A DNA stretch of 59,661 nt, from positions 1-59,661 of IMG/VR virus record IMGVR_UViG_3300015264_000004; one strand, written 5' to 3'. Positions 37,361 through 46,753 of this stretch are shown piece after piece (position 1 is the first letter of the stretch; each line of letters begins with the position of its first letter). Made by a program: the position numbers and the translations under genes. The notes below the pieces were generated by a model, which was given only the letters and a program-made list of their open reading frames with translations, searched no databases and had not been told where the DNA came from. The stretch comes from a virus. Lineage: Duplodnaviria; Caudoviricetes.

Positions 37361-38818
37361 TTATTGAATTGGTGCTACTGCAAATTGGTCCCATGCCGGT
37401 GTTGTTTTGCCAGCCTTCAACGCTGATAAAGCCTGCGCGCCTTCGGGTGTCATTCGACATAATGTTGCGATTTCAGCCGCTTCGGTTTCGGCTGTCGGCC
37501 CTTGTGCGCTGCCTTGTCCGTCATTGCTCAAAACCGAAACCCTGCCACTTGACGCAACGGTTTCACGCAACATCGGATTAACCGGCCGTGCCTGTATGCT
37601 GGCCTTGTAATTATTCAACGGCGCTTGATCCGGCAATGCCGCCATACTCATATAAGCCTGTTTCGCGCTGGCCTCTTCGGCCGGGGTGACCCTGCCTGCG
37701 GTTTTCATTTCGGAGAAAAAAGCGCTGCATTCTGCGGTTAAGGCCCGGTTTAGCATTGCTGTAATGGCCGGGTCTGTGCTGTTCGTTGTGGCCGGTGCTG
37801 TCTGTATTTGCGCGGGCTGTGCCGCAGGTTGTGCCGGTTGTGCCGCTACGGCCGGCTGTTCAGTAATGCCAAGAGCCGCTAATAATGCCTTTTTGTCATC
37901 ATCTGCCAATCCGGCCACTATTTTTCCGGCTAACTCAGTGTTAATTGCCATGTTGTTTTCCCTTTCTGTGGCCGATGTGGCCAAATCTGACGATACAAAA
38001 CCTGTAGTCTTTTTACGATGTTCCGCCTGTAATGTGGCTACAACACCCTCAAATGTTCCAAGCGCATCCGCCATGCCTACCGTAACGGCTTCGCCGCCAA
38101 GCATGACGCCGCCCTGTCCGAAGTCCGACATAACTTTCTCAGGAGTCACCCCGCGCATTGTGGCGACGGCATTAATAAACAAAACGCCGTATTTATCGAC
38201 CTGCCCTTGTATGTATTTGCCGCCCTCGTCCGTTGTCGGGTCTACCCTCTTGTATTGCGACTGCGAAGAGATAAAAGTTACTTCATTCTTGTTTGGCGGT
38301 CTGTGTACACTGACAACACCGATACTACCAGCATAGGCGCTGTCATGCATCGTAATCTTATCTGTTGCAATTGCCAGCCAATAGGCTCCTGACGCGCCTA
38401 CGCCGCCGATATACGCCTGTATAGGCTTACCCTTGCCACGCGCAGCCGTTATTTGCTGTGCAAGCTCCGATATACCGTTAGCCTCACCGCCTGGGCTGTC
38501 AACGTTGAAAAGTATCGAGTGTATTGTAGGATCGCTGAGCGCCGCCGCAAAGTCGGTAGCTAACACCTGTACGCTTGTCGCGTTACTCGACAATTCCGAA
38601 AACAGGTTAGCCCGGCGAAAAATCGGACCCTCGATAGGGATAATAGCCACACCGCCACGATTCTCAACTTTCCGCGTATTCTCTAACTTGCGGCCTAGCT
38701 GTGTAGCTACTGTTTCCGGGTTAAGATTCGACCTTTCAGCAATAGACAAAATCGTTTCAAGGTTTGCCTGCGGAATAGCCCATATTAATGACTGTACAAG
38801 CTGATAGGCTAGATTCAT
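37361..38818 (-). CDS. S49 (SppA-like) prohead protease fused to scaffold
   Basis: DSPGG, GASGAYWLA, GSIGV. The C-terminal scaffold has an internal GAAAGGGA...ATG (MAINTELA). Confidence 0.9.
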   Translation of the reverse strand: MNLAYQLVQSLIWAIPQANLETILSIAERSNLNPETVATQLGRKLENTRKVENRGGVAIIPIEGPIFRRANLFSELSSNATSVQVLATDFAAALSDPTIHSILFNVDSPGGEANGISELAQQITAARGKGKPIQAYIGGVGASGAYWLAIATDKITMHDSAYAGSIGVVSVHRPPNKNEVTFISSQSQYKRVDPTTDEGGKYIQGQVDKYGVLFINAVATMRGVTPEKVMSDFGQGGVMLGGEAVTVGMADALGTFEGVVATLQAEHRKKTTGFVSSDLATSATERENNMAINTELAGKIVAGLADDDKKALLAALGITEQPAVAAQPAQPAAQPAQIQTAPATTNSTDPAITAMLNRALTAECSAFFSEMKTAGRVTPAEEASAKQAYMSMAALPDQAPLNNYKASIQARPVNPMLRETVASSGRVSVLSNDGQGSAQGPTAETEAAEIATLCRMTPEGAQALSALKAGKTTPAWDQFAVAPIQ

Positions 38819-40515
38819 CTTGCTGTATCCTTCCCCGGTGCCGGTTTCTTGCCGGCCGGCGCTGGCTTGCCATTTGACGGCTTATCATTGCCCTGCGCGT
38901 CTTGGCCCATTGAATCAATAGACATCTGTTGCGTTTGTTGCCCTAAAGCTTTGGCCATTGCGCGGAAAGAACGCTCTGCATTTGTCGGGAGCGGTATACC
39001 AAGCTGCGAAGTCAGATAATCCCATTGGGATTCTGTAACCTTGTCAGCCAGGGCCGCTATAGCTGTGGCATCCGTAGCCCAATCGCGGGCCTCTGTATCG
39101 CCGTAAGAAACCTCTGGTAACAATTCGTTTGCCGCGTCGTCACCAAAGTTATAGCGAACAAGAGGCTTTAGTATGTCATACTTAACCATTTCAGCCGCAA
39201 TATCACGTACCCAAAAGACAAGCAAGTCAACAATGCGGAATTGGCTCCCTGTCGAGGATTTTGTTTGGTGTTGACTGTCTTTCGTTGCCAATTGCTGTAA
39301 CAGTATGGCAAGTGTGATTTCCTTGCTGAAATGATCTAACGCATGTGTAAAAGCCTGCCCTTCGCTGTTTGCCTCTAATACAGTAAATTGCGTACCGTCA
39401 GGAGCTACGGCCACTTGATGATTGCGCATTTTCGCCAGTAAATTAAGCAAAAATTGCGCAGAGCTAATTTTTAACGGTTCGCCATCCTTATATACAGGCG
39501 TAATACCGTCATCCTCATATACAACTTGTTCGTCAGTGTTCGGCGGAAGCGTTGCCAGTATCCCAGGTATGGCAGACACCATAAGAAACAACAAATATTC
39601 CGGCCACGCCCTGCGCTTCAAGTCCCATCCGTTTAGCGCGGCGTCAAGTATGGTATTGCCCCTTGGATCATCGTCTTTAGGTCGATAGGTAAAGACTACA
39701 AACTTTTCTCGCGGGATGACCTGGGACATGTCAACAATCGTTGTTGCGTTAACGATATTCGATTTGCCCGGCTCTGCCACAAGGAAACCAAGTTGATTCA
39801 TGAAAGGATCAACAACAAACGCGAGTGCGTGGCGCGGCTTCGGCTTAACAGCCTTCAGGCACCACTTGTCAGCATCCGTACCGCCTATAGCAATCTCTAA
39901 AACCTGTTCGGCTACCTTATTACCATGTGTCAGGCCTTCGAAGATTAATTGAAACATCGCAGACCCGAATTTAGGTACGCGGGTCACCTGCCTATTACAA
40001 AAATCAGTTATATCCTGCGCAAGCTGTACCTGTGGATCAATCGGCGGCTTTGGCGGCTTGGCTCCCTGGGCATCGGGCTGCGTCGGATCACTGGCAGGTT
40101 TTGCAGCCCCGGCACCGGGTTTTGTAGCGGCTCTCTCGTTTTGGGCCGGTACATTGTCTTTCGGTGTCGAGGCCGTATCCTTATTACTGTTATTTGCGCT
40201 GCCCGCCTGCGGCATGGGCTGTGGCGGCGCGGCCGCTTCGTAATCTTCGGCTTCAAACTGTAGCGCAGGCTTTAATGTTAACTTTTCAGACAATGCCATA
40301 AGGACGATAAGCATGACCGCTGCAAATACGTCAGGATCATGCAACATTTCCTCGATTGTCTTTTCGTTAACGTGGTCACGTGAAAAAAACTTTTCGTCAA
40401 TGGTAGGCAGGGCATGCGGCTGGTTCGTAAACCATGTGCTGCCAGTTGTAAATTCAGTATCCGGCCGGATTTTCGAATTCGGCTTGACCTGAGTAACCTT
40501 TGTCGCTGTAGCCAT
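38815..40515 (-). CDS. portal protein (DUF935-like)
   Basis: G.KVAE, KF..F......PRG..L, EI..AIL.Q.L, L.PLV.YNFG. Contains a Pro/Ala-rich insert. Confidence 0.88.
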   Translation of the reverse strand: MATATKVTQVKPNSKIRPDTEFTTGSTWFTNQPHALPTIDEKFFSRDHVNEKTIEEMLHDPDVFAAVMLIVLMALSEKLTLKPALQFEAEDYEAAAPPQPMPQAGSANNSNKDTASTPKDNVPAQNERAATKPGAGAAKPASDPTQPDAQGAKPPKPPIDPQVQLAQDITDFCNRQVTRVPKFGSAMFQLIFEGLTHGNKVAEQVLEIAIGGTDADKWCLKAVKPKPRHALAFVVDPFMNQLGFLVAEPGKSNIVNATTIVDMSQVIPREKFVVFTYRPKDDDPRGNTILDAALNGWDLKRRAWPEYLLFLMVSAIPGILATLPPNTDEQVVYEDDGITPVYKDGEPLKISSAQFLLNLLAKMRNHQVAVAPDGTQFTVLEANSEGQAFTHALDHFSKEITLAILLQQLATKDSQHQTKSSTGSQFRIVDLLVFWVRDIAAEMVKYDILKPLVRYNFGDDAANELLPEVSYGDTEARDWATDATAIAALADKVTESQWDYLTSQLGIPLPTNAERSFRAMAKALGQQTQQMSIDSMGQDAQGNDKPSNGKPAPAGKKPAPGKDTAR

Positions 40516-40535
40516 AAATAAAAACAACCCGCGCC

Positions 40536-40656
40536 AGGAGTCAAGTTATAAAGCGCCCCATTGCTCTTATATAACCCGCTACCAGCGCGGATTGCATCAC
40601 GATCCGCGTAGACTCGATTTACCTATCGAGGCTCCATGCTTATGTTGTCAACTCCC
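40536..40656 (-). ncRNA. candidate four-way-junction RNA in the portal leader
   Basis: Closing helix GGGAGUUGA/UUGACUCCU encloses three hairpins. Confidence 0.45.
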
Positions 40657-40689
40657 ACACCTTCGTACCGCACAGCCTGAGATACAGGA

Positions 40690-40730
40690 CGTATAACACT
40701 GAGCGAAAAAGCTGTCAAGCATTTTTGACG
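40690..40730 (-). promoter_or_regulatory. promoter of the head operon with 18-bp box
   Basis: TTGACA-17 bp-TATACG. Confidence 0.65.
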
Positions 40731-40933
40731 CTACTAATAGGCTTTTTCCCGTTTTTATATCCATTAGTAGTATGCGCCCTTTCAAAATGCCAATCTCGCG
40801 TACACTGGCATGCGCCGCATTTGAGAGTCACGCAGGCGAAGGCCCCGGCCGGCAACACCTGCCCGGCAACGACAATCGTGTTTCCACAGACTGACGCGAG
40901 AACGAAGCCGCAGCTTTTACAAAGTATGTCCAT
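40715..40933 (-). CDS. Com-like zinc-ribbon regulator
   Basis: MDILCKSCG..LA...VTLKCGAC resembles the Mu Com pattern. Confidence 0.6.
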   Translation of the reverse strand: MDILCKSCGFVLASVCGNTIVVAGQVLPAGAFACVTLKCGACQCTRDWHFERAHTTNGYKNGKKPISSVKNA

Positions 40934-40947
40934 TTAACTTTACAGCC

Positions 40948-41214
40948 TTAATATAACTCTTCGTAAGCCTGTTGCCCATCTTCGCGTAGTTCATCCATCA
41001 ATTCTAAATCAGGCAAGTTACAAGGGCAATCCTGCCCGCGTATCTCGACAGCTATGTCAATCCATGTCCCGTTTTCGTCGCCGTCTAATTCCTGCCCGAC
41101 AAAGCAATGTACGCTTGCCTCTTTCTGGCATTGCGGGCAGGTCAACGATATTTCCATAGCCTGTCCTAAATCGGTATGTTGTGTTAATTCTTTCGTCAAG
41201 TTATTTATACTCAT
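40948..41214 (-). CDS. small Cys-containing hypothetical protein
   Basis: CPQC...CPC. Confidence 0.55.
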   Translation of the reverse strand: MSINNLTKELTQHTDLGQAMEISLTCPQCQKEASVHCFVGQELDGDENGTWIDIAVEIRGQDCPCNLPDLELMDELREDGQQAYEELY

Positions 41215-41218
41215 AATT

Positions 41219-42844
41219 TCACCTTGGCCTGTAAGTGTCTAACCCTTGGCGCTTGTTTGCGACAATGGGGCCGGGCATCGTAATTGGACAGAGACGCCGG
41301 CCGAATTGTGCCAGCGCGTAGGAATCCGCGAGATCGTCAAACATCCCTTCAGGAGCTAACAGCGTAGACCCTTCAATATTGGCAACTTGATCCTGCGTCG
41401 GTTCGTCATATATTGCGCAATCCTCTGTATTGATGGTAACGGCAAGGTTGTCATACAGAATAACCTTGGTACGTGGATTAGATAGGTAGCCGTGCTTTTT
41501 ATCGTCGGGATGCTTCAGTATTCTAACCTTTTTATGTTCCAGCGCTAACGCGATGATTGCATGACCGTGGTTATTCCGTTCGATAAGGGCAGGAGCGCTA
41601 TTATAATAATGTGCCAGCTTTTCTATGTGCCCGGTGAAAATATTGACATCAAACTTGCCTTGTAATACGGCAACCTGCGCGCCGCTCAACAGGTCAACAA
41701 TCTGCATGGCGCTGTCGTCGCTATTCGGGTTTCCTTCGGCTGGATCACCGCCGGCCACATATTTACGACCGGGCAGCGGCCGGCAGAAAATCCGCAGCCC
41801 GTTAATCGGCGGGGCCTTGATAAGTTTTACCGCGTCTGTGTCGAGTGGCGCATGTTCGACATAAATCTTTTCGATCAATTCAAAGGCTATGCGTTTATCA
41901 CCCTGAGACGGGGCTAGGGCCTGTTCTGGTGTCGCCGGATAGTTTTCCCAGGTCGCGTCAACGTTGCCCGTATTATGCTTATCCGTGGCCGTAATGCGGT
42001 CGTGCCACTCTTTTGTACGGCTAGGCCGTTCGTACCACGCCAAAAAGATAGCAACCCACTCAGTCAGACCCCGGACAGCATTTTTATAGATCGTCTTAAA
42101 CAAAGACATGGGCAATTCTTTGTTTGACTTGCTCAAAAGGATCAATTGCCCGCCGCCGTCAACGACGGGAGCGACGGACAGCATTAAATCGTCAAGGTCA
42201 GGGACTAAATCGGCCTCGTCAACAAATACCAGTGTCCCGGTGTAGCTATCCCCTGCGGATGTAGGAAAAGCCATGCAATTAGAATCGTTCGCCAAGGCCC
42301 ATTCATGCGCGTCGTCTTTGACAAACTTTGTGCTGCATGGAATCCACTCAGGCGGCGCGCTGGCATCCTCATTAAAACGACGCATCATAAACCAAGCGGG
42401 CAGCTTGGCGTAGATGCCTTTTAATCGTTTCTTGCCTAAAAGGTACTTGGCGTCTATGTCACGCAGGGAAAATATCAGTATTGATACTGTCGGATGAAAC
42501 AGCATTAACCAAAGGATATAGCACAGGACTAGCCATGTAAGGCCAAGCTGTCTAGCCTTCAGGATCACGCAGAAACGGTTATTCAAGAGCAACTTTAGAA
42601 CGCGGTACTGTCCGGCCCAAAGCAAAAAGGCAATCCAGCGCTTGACCTGCGGGTTAGCGTCGTAAATCTGACAGTACGTATTTATGAAATATGCGCAGGC
42701 TTTGTAATCGTGGACCCCTGAGCCTGCGCATTTTTGCAACTCAGGAATAAAGGCAGCACGCCGCCTTCTGCGCTCTTGTTCGGCCTTGGCGCGCAATTGC
42801 GGCGACGTGTTAGTTTCCTGATAGCTGTACGCAGGCAAGCCCAT
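41219..42844 (-). CDS. terL: terminase large subunit
   Basis: ILKARQLGLT (Walker A), VFVDEA (Walker B), GGDPAEG..D.SA, ERNNHG, DDLADS. Confidence 0.95.
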   Translation of the reverse strand: MGLPAYSYQETNTSPQLRAKAEQERRRRRAAFIPELQKCAGSGVHDYKACAYFINTYCQIYDANPQVKRWIAFLLWAGQYRVLKLLLNNRFCVILKARQLGLTWLVLCYILWLMLFHPTVSILIFSLRDIDAKYLLGKKRLKGIYAKLPAWFMMRRFNEDASAPPEWIPCSTKFVKDDAHEWALANDSNCMAFPTSAGDSYTGTLVFVDEADLVPDLDDLMLSVAPVVDGGGQLILLSKSNKELPMSLFKTIYKNAVRGLTEWVAIFLAWYERPSRTKEWHDRITATDKHNTGNVDATWENYPATPEQALAPSQGDKRIAFELIEKIYVEHAPLDTDAVKLIKAPPINGLRIFCRPLPGRKYVAGGDPAEGNPNSDDSAMQIVDLLSGAQVAVLQGKFDVNIFTGHIEKLAHYYNSAPALIERNNHGHAIIALALEHKKVRILKHPDDKKHGYLSNPRTKVILYDNLAVTINTEDCAIYDEPTQDQVANIEGSTLLAPEGMFDDLADSYALAQFGRRLCPITMPGPIVANKRQGLDTYRPR

Positions 42845-42960
42845 TATCTTCTAATACGAAAGTAATATTTGACTAGCGCCTTAATACCGTGAAAAATTGC
42901 CATCCCAATAAGGTTAGCCATCGTCAGCAAGGCGAAGTCGGACCAGGTTTCTATGTGCAT
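42844..42960 (-). CDS. 38-aa membrane peptide (not in the ORF track)
   Basis: MHIETWSDFALLTMANLIGMAIFHGIKALVKYYFRIRR, RBS GAGGA, TAATG coupling to terL. Confidence 0.55.
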   Translation of the reverse strand: MHIETWSDFALLTMANLIGMAIFHGIKALVKYYFRIRR

Positions 42961-43238
42961 GTTTCCTCGTCGGGCATCTTTTCCGCTAACTTCGGATTAA
43001 ACCGTGCCACAAGTTGTTTGCGTGTTATCTCGACAGCGCCAAGCCTTACAGCCACGGCCCGACGGCCTGCGGTCAGGTCATAATGTGGCAACCTGCCATT
43101 GTCAGGCTGAAACCATGCGCGCCGCATGCCAATACGGACAGCGAAGGCATGTAGCTCAGGGATAGTATCTGCGCATAGGTGACAATTAGGGCCTAGATTC
43201 CAGCCATTGTCTGTCAGTGGGTCAACGTAGACAGGCAT
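42951..43238 (-). CDS. DUF4031 family protein
   Basis: VYVD...CHL.AD...ELHAFA..IG..R.WFQ...HYDLT. Confidence 0.85.
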   Translation of the reverse strand: MPVYVDPLTDNGWNLGPNCHLCADTIPELHAFAVRIGMRRAWFQPDNGRLPHYDLTAGRRAVAVRLGAVEITRKQLVARFNPKLAEKMPDEETCT

Positions 43239-43549
43239 TAGTCGGCCGCCTTTTTCACGTGCCAAGTCTGCATGGCACGCATGACAGATTCGGCACGGCT
43301 GCGCTTGTCCTGTGTCAACGTTTCCTCGTTTTCGTCTAACCATAGTTTAATGATACGCGCTGCGCTTGCATCCTGGGCACGCAGGACAAAGACAGGCTCA
43401 TTATGGCGGGCCTTCGTGAATTCACTAGGTAGATGCTCTGTCAGGATACTATGCATGGCATCTAATGCCATGTCTAACTTTTCTGTCGGTACGACACCTA
43501 GCAACGCGTCTGCTATGTCCTCTTCGATTGTCCGTAACTTTGTACTCAT
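43238..43549 (-). CDS. hypothetical phage protein
   Basis: EPVFVLRAQD..A...W motif. Confidence 0.65.
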   Translation of the reverse strand: MSTKLRTIEEDIADALLGVVPTEKLDMALDAMHSILTEHLPSEFTKARHNEPVFVLRAQDASAARIIKLWLDENEETLTQDKRSRAESVMRAMQTWHVKKAAD

Positions 43550-44271
43550 GCTGACTCCTGCGGTCCCCAAAATTCATGCCACGCCGTCATGTTGCGCGCT
43601 GCGACGGTACGCCAATGCGTAAACGCCATGCTAACTTGATCCTTTGTTATTTGAAAACCGCAGGACGGACACATAAAGGCTACGTGTCGCCACTCGTCAA
43701 AGGCTGGTGGTTGTAGTTCCGAAGGGCTGCGCAGGCTGCCATTGCCATTCGCGCTGCATTGCAGACATTCACCGTCATGCATGGCCCGTATGACACGATG
43801 CAATACCCAAAACTTTTCGATACTCATGTCAACGGCATGTTGCATCGTCGCTGCGGTATAGTTAGGCGTCAATTGTTCGTGGCTGTCGGCAAGCCTGTCT
43901 GACCTGCCCAGGGCAGCGGCCGCTACATCATGTATCTGTGCCACGTGCAAAAGCATGGCATCGTAGTCAGTCGCCGATATTAAGGCCCGGCCTTCAGATG
44001 TCGCTACGTCTACGTTTTCCCTGTACAGTTCTGCCAAAGCCTCGACTATACAGGTCAACTCTGCCATGTGTTGCGTCTGGGCCTCTTCTATCTTTGACTG
44101 TACGGCCTTGCGGGACTCCCAAACCTCAATAATTTCGGCCCTGTCGCGCATAACAATATTACATGCATGTGCAGAATAGGAACTGCTGACCTCGACAGTA
44201 AATAAGATTTGATCCACCATTAAAACATAGTTGCGGCCATGCGACCCCTTAACGTCAATTGTCAGGCTCAT
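43546..44271 (-). CDS. hypothetical protein with C-terminal Zn ribbon
   Basis: CLQC...CPSC, coupled overlaps. Confidence 0.6.
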   Translation of the reverse strand: MSLTIDVKGSHGRNYVLMVDQILFTVEVSSSYSAHACNIVMRDRAEIIEVWESRKAVQSKIEEAQTQHMAELTCIVEALAELYRENVDVATSEGRALISATDYDAMLLHVAQIHDVAAAALGRSDRLADSHEQLTPNYTAATMQHAVDMSIEKFWVLHRVIRAMHDGECLQCSANGNGSLRSPSELQPPAFDEWRHVAFMCPSCGFQITKDQVSMAFTHWRTVAARNMTAWHEFWGPQESA

Positions 44272-44546
44272 GTTTGCTCCTGTTTATTCTCGACTTCAGA
44301 CTGTGACACATGGAAAAGAGAGTTGCCACTATTCAAGGCTCCAATAACACTACGCAAGCTTGTCTGATATGTGATTCTGACGCCAAGCTGCGGGCCGTAT
44401 TGGATCATAGCGGTATTGTTGTCAGGATTCGCAGAGTCCACTACCGCCATGTACATGGTCCCGTCTATCCGTGCCATTATGTTTGGCCGTTCGTTCGCAA
44501 TGCGGTCAGGAGTCCAGAAAAGTTTATCGTTTTGAGGCTTGCCCAC
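44268..44546 (-). CDS. hypothetical protein
   Basis: Operon packing. Confidence 0.55.
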   Translation of the reverse strand: MGKPQNDKLFWTPDRIANERPNIMARIDGTMYMAVVDSANPDNNTAMIQYGPQLGVRITYQTSLRSVIGALNSGNSLFHVSQSEVENKQEQT

Positions 44547-44552
44547 TTTAGG

Positions 44553-44861
44553 TTAACTTTCCTTTACCGCAGGATCATAGGCAACGCTGATAGAGTTGCC
44601 CGACTTCAGTACTATCATTCCTTCGGGCACGGCATCGTCACGAACAATACGACCGTATAGCCCCGCATGGGGCCGGCCCTGCGGCGCAGTTTGCCTACCG
44701 TCATCGGACCATGTAATATTGAGTGTCAGGCTGCCTGACCTGCCCTCTGTAAATAAAGTTTCATGGCTCCCATCATGCCTTACATCCCTGTGGCAAAGAT
44801 AAACCAGAGGGCCGTGGCTGTCATCTATCGTAATTTCAGCGTTACATAGTTTAGGTTTCAT
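44553..44861 (-). CDS. hypothetical protein
   Basis: Operon packing. Confidence 0.55.
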   Translation of the reverse strand: MKPKLCNAEITIDDSHGPLVYLCHRDVRHDGSHETLFTEGRSGSLTLNITWSDDGRQTAPQGRPHAGLYGRIVRDDAVPEGMIVLKSGNSISVAYDPAVKES

Positions 44862-45570
44862 TGGCCATAGCCTCTAATTCTGCGTCAGTCATTTTGGTAA
44901 CATCTACGTTACTACGAAACTTTTTATCGTCGAGGCCCGTTGCCAGCCTTGCAAATTTGGATTGGATTAATAGAAACCGTGTCATGTCTGCCAAGTCCCA
45001 TTCCGCAGGCTCCTGCCTGATAATGTTCTGTACAACAATACCGTCGCCGGTCAACCTTTCCTCTGTACGTTCGAACGTCTCGACAAAGAGGGGCCATGCT
45101 AACATTTCCTCGATTTGCCTGCGCAACTTAACAGAGACATCCCATTCCCATTCTTTTTGGGTGTCGGCACGTTTGGCCCACTTTGCAGCCTGCAAATCCT
45201 GGGCTTTCCTGCGGGCCTCGTCTTGCCTGCGTACCCAATAGGTGTCATAGGCACGTGACCGCTCTTGCCATTCGTATTTAGTGGCCAGGTCACGAATCTG
45301 TAGGTAGGATAGGCCTGTCTTTTTGGCAACTCTGGTATAGTTCCTACTGTTAGCAAGATAGCAGTACAAACGGAATAATCCGTAATGATAGGTAGACTCT
45401 TCGGGCCGTAGATGCCATATCTGTATTTCAACGTCGGCATCACATTCAAAGGGGCCGACAGGCAGGTCATCCTCTAATAACTGCAAAGCCTCGACAGGCT
45501 GCCCCTCTAACATGGTACTGTCAACGTCAGGCTCTATCCCTGTTAACCTTTCGGCCCTATGTAATGCCAT
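44851..45570 (-). CDS. putative terminase small subunit
   Basis: ES..Y..F..Y....R....VA...W.ER.RAYD HTH pattern, tail DVTKMTDAELEA. Confidence 0.7.
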   Translation of the reverse strand: MALHRAERLTGIEPDVDSTMLEGQPVEALQLLEDDLPVGPFECDADVEIQIWHLRPEESTYHYGLFRLYCYLANSRNYTRVAKKTGLSYLQIRDLATKYEWQERSRAYDTYWVRRQDEARRKAQDLQAAKWAKRADTQKEWEWDVSVKLRRQIEEMLAWPLFVETFERTEERLTGDGIVVQNIIRQEPAEWDLADMTRFLLIQSKFARLATGLDDKKFRSNVDVTKMTDAELEAMANET

Positions 45571-45899
45571 TAGATAGATACTCCTGTACTCCGCGGCCCC
45601 GACTGTGTAGGGCCGTGATCCTATCGAGGCAAGCCTCTACATTATCGAACCATGCGACATCGGCCCCGCAGGCTGCCCAGTACCGCAGTCTATTTGCCTG
45701 CCAGCCTGTAGGCCTTTCGCCTGGGCGTTTAATCTCATAAAAGCCTGCCAAACCGCAGCAAACGACCAATAAGTCTACATCCCTATTGATACCACTAGAC
45801 CATAGTTTTTTGATCCTAGTGTCGGGCAGGAGTGCAACTCTGTCCATGATGCTTTTCACAAGGTCAGATTCCAATATTGCTGTTTGCTTGTCCGGCATG
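45557..45899 (-). CDS. VRR-NUC (PD-(D/E)xK) nuclease
   Basis: E..L, DLL, EIKRPG..PT..Q. Start at the ATG after GAGG. Confidence 0.85.
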
Positions 45900-45931
45900 G
45901 AGCCTCGATTCCACAGACGCGCTGCGAATGA

Positions 45932-45973
45932 ATTATAAGTGATATACATGTCTGACGTAAAGAAAAAATTACA
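45932..45973 (-). promoter_or_regulatory. promoter of the packaging operon with 18-bp box
   Basis: TTTACG-18 bp-TATAAT. Confidence 0.65.
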
Positions 45974-46048
45974 AATCAAAAATTACTGTGTCTCGCGGAC
46001 ACCATGTGCAAATCTGTAACTTACTAGGTTTAGGTAGGCAGACGCAAG

Positions 46049-46086
46049 TTTGCACGGCCACAAACATGCGTCTGTGGCCGTGCAAA
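46049..46086. repeat. 14-bp perfect inverted repeat at the early/packaging boundary
   Basis: TTTGCACGGCCACA-N10-TGTGGCCGTGCAAA. Confidence 0.85.
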
Positions 46087-46121
46087 TCGGGCAGGAGTGT
46101 ATTACAAGTATGACCGAAGTT

Positions 46122-46718
46122 TCACTGACTCTGTGGGGCCGGACAGGCATGGAGCCTTCGGTTTTCCTGGGTCAGGCTTTTATTCTCTTCTGTGATCCTG
46201 CCTACCATGACCCTGAGCCTATCGACTAAAATACCGGACAGGCTTGCCTCTGGTGTATCGGCTAATAAATCATTCATGGTGTCGGCCGCCACTTGCCATA
46301 GGTTAGCGGTCAATTCGTGCCTCTGGATTGTTTGTACATGTGTCTCTATTTCGCTTCGGAGCCGTTCGCTAATATCGTCAGCGTGCCTGACCTGGGCTTG
46401 CAACTCTTGTGCGATGTCGCGCAGTGTCGAGGCTGTCTTTTCCTGTTCTACCATTCGACACAGAAAAGCGCTGACTACAGGATCACTGGCCAGCCAGCAT
46501 GCTATGGTTTCAAGCGTTGCTAATGTATCGGCTCCCTGGGCTTGTCTCTGCAATCCTGAGTCAGGATTGTCATTCATAAAGTTAACCATGTTAAGCGCAG
46601 CCTTGCCTATCCGTGGGCTTGCTATTGGCATACGCAAAGTTGCGCAATTATCGAGTGGTTTTGCTGGCATTTTTGTTTGGCTCCCTTGTAACGTTGAAAT
46701 TTCAGGGCCAAACGGCAA
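46122..46718 (-). CDS. coiled-coil hypothetical protein (start uncertain)
   Basis: Heptad-rich ORF. Confidence 0.55.
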   Translation of the reverse strand: MPFGPEISTLQGSQTKMPAKPLDNCATLRMPIASPRIGKAALNMVNFMNDNPDSGLQRQAQGADTLATLETIACWLASDPVVSAFLCRMVEQEKTASTLRDIAQELQAQVRHADDISERLRSEIETHVQTIQRHELTANLWQVAADTMNDLLADTPEASLSGILVDRLRVMVGRITEENKSLTQENRRLHACPAPQSQ

Positions 46719-46753
46719 CGCTTACGGCGCACCGCTGCCCATCTGTGGAATCC

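Noticed and set aside
37686-38336. Long plus-strand ORFs (e.g. 37686..38336, 46192..46767, 21952..22434)
   Set aside because: Antisense shadows of well-supported minus-strand genes, with no motifs or RBS.
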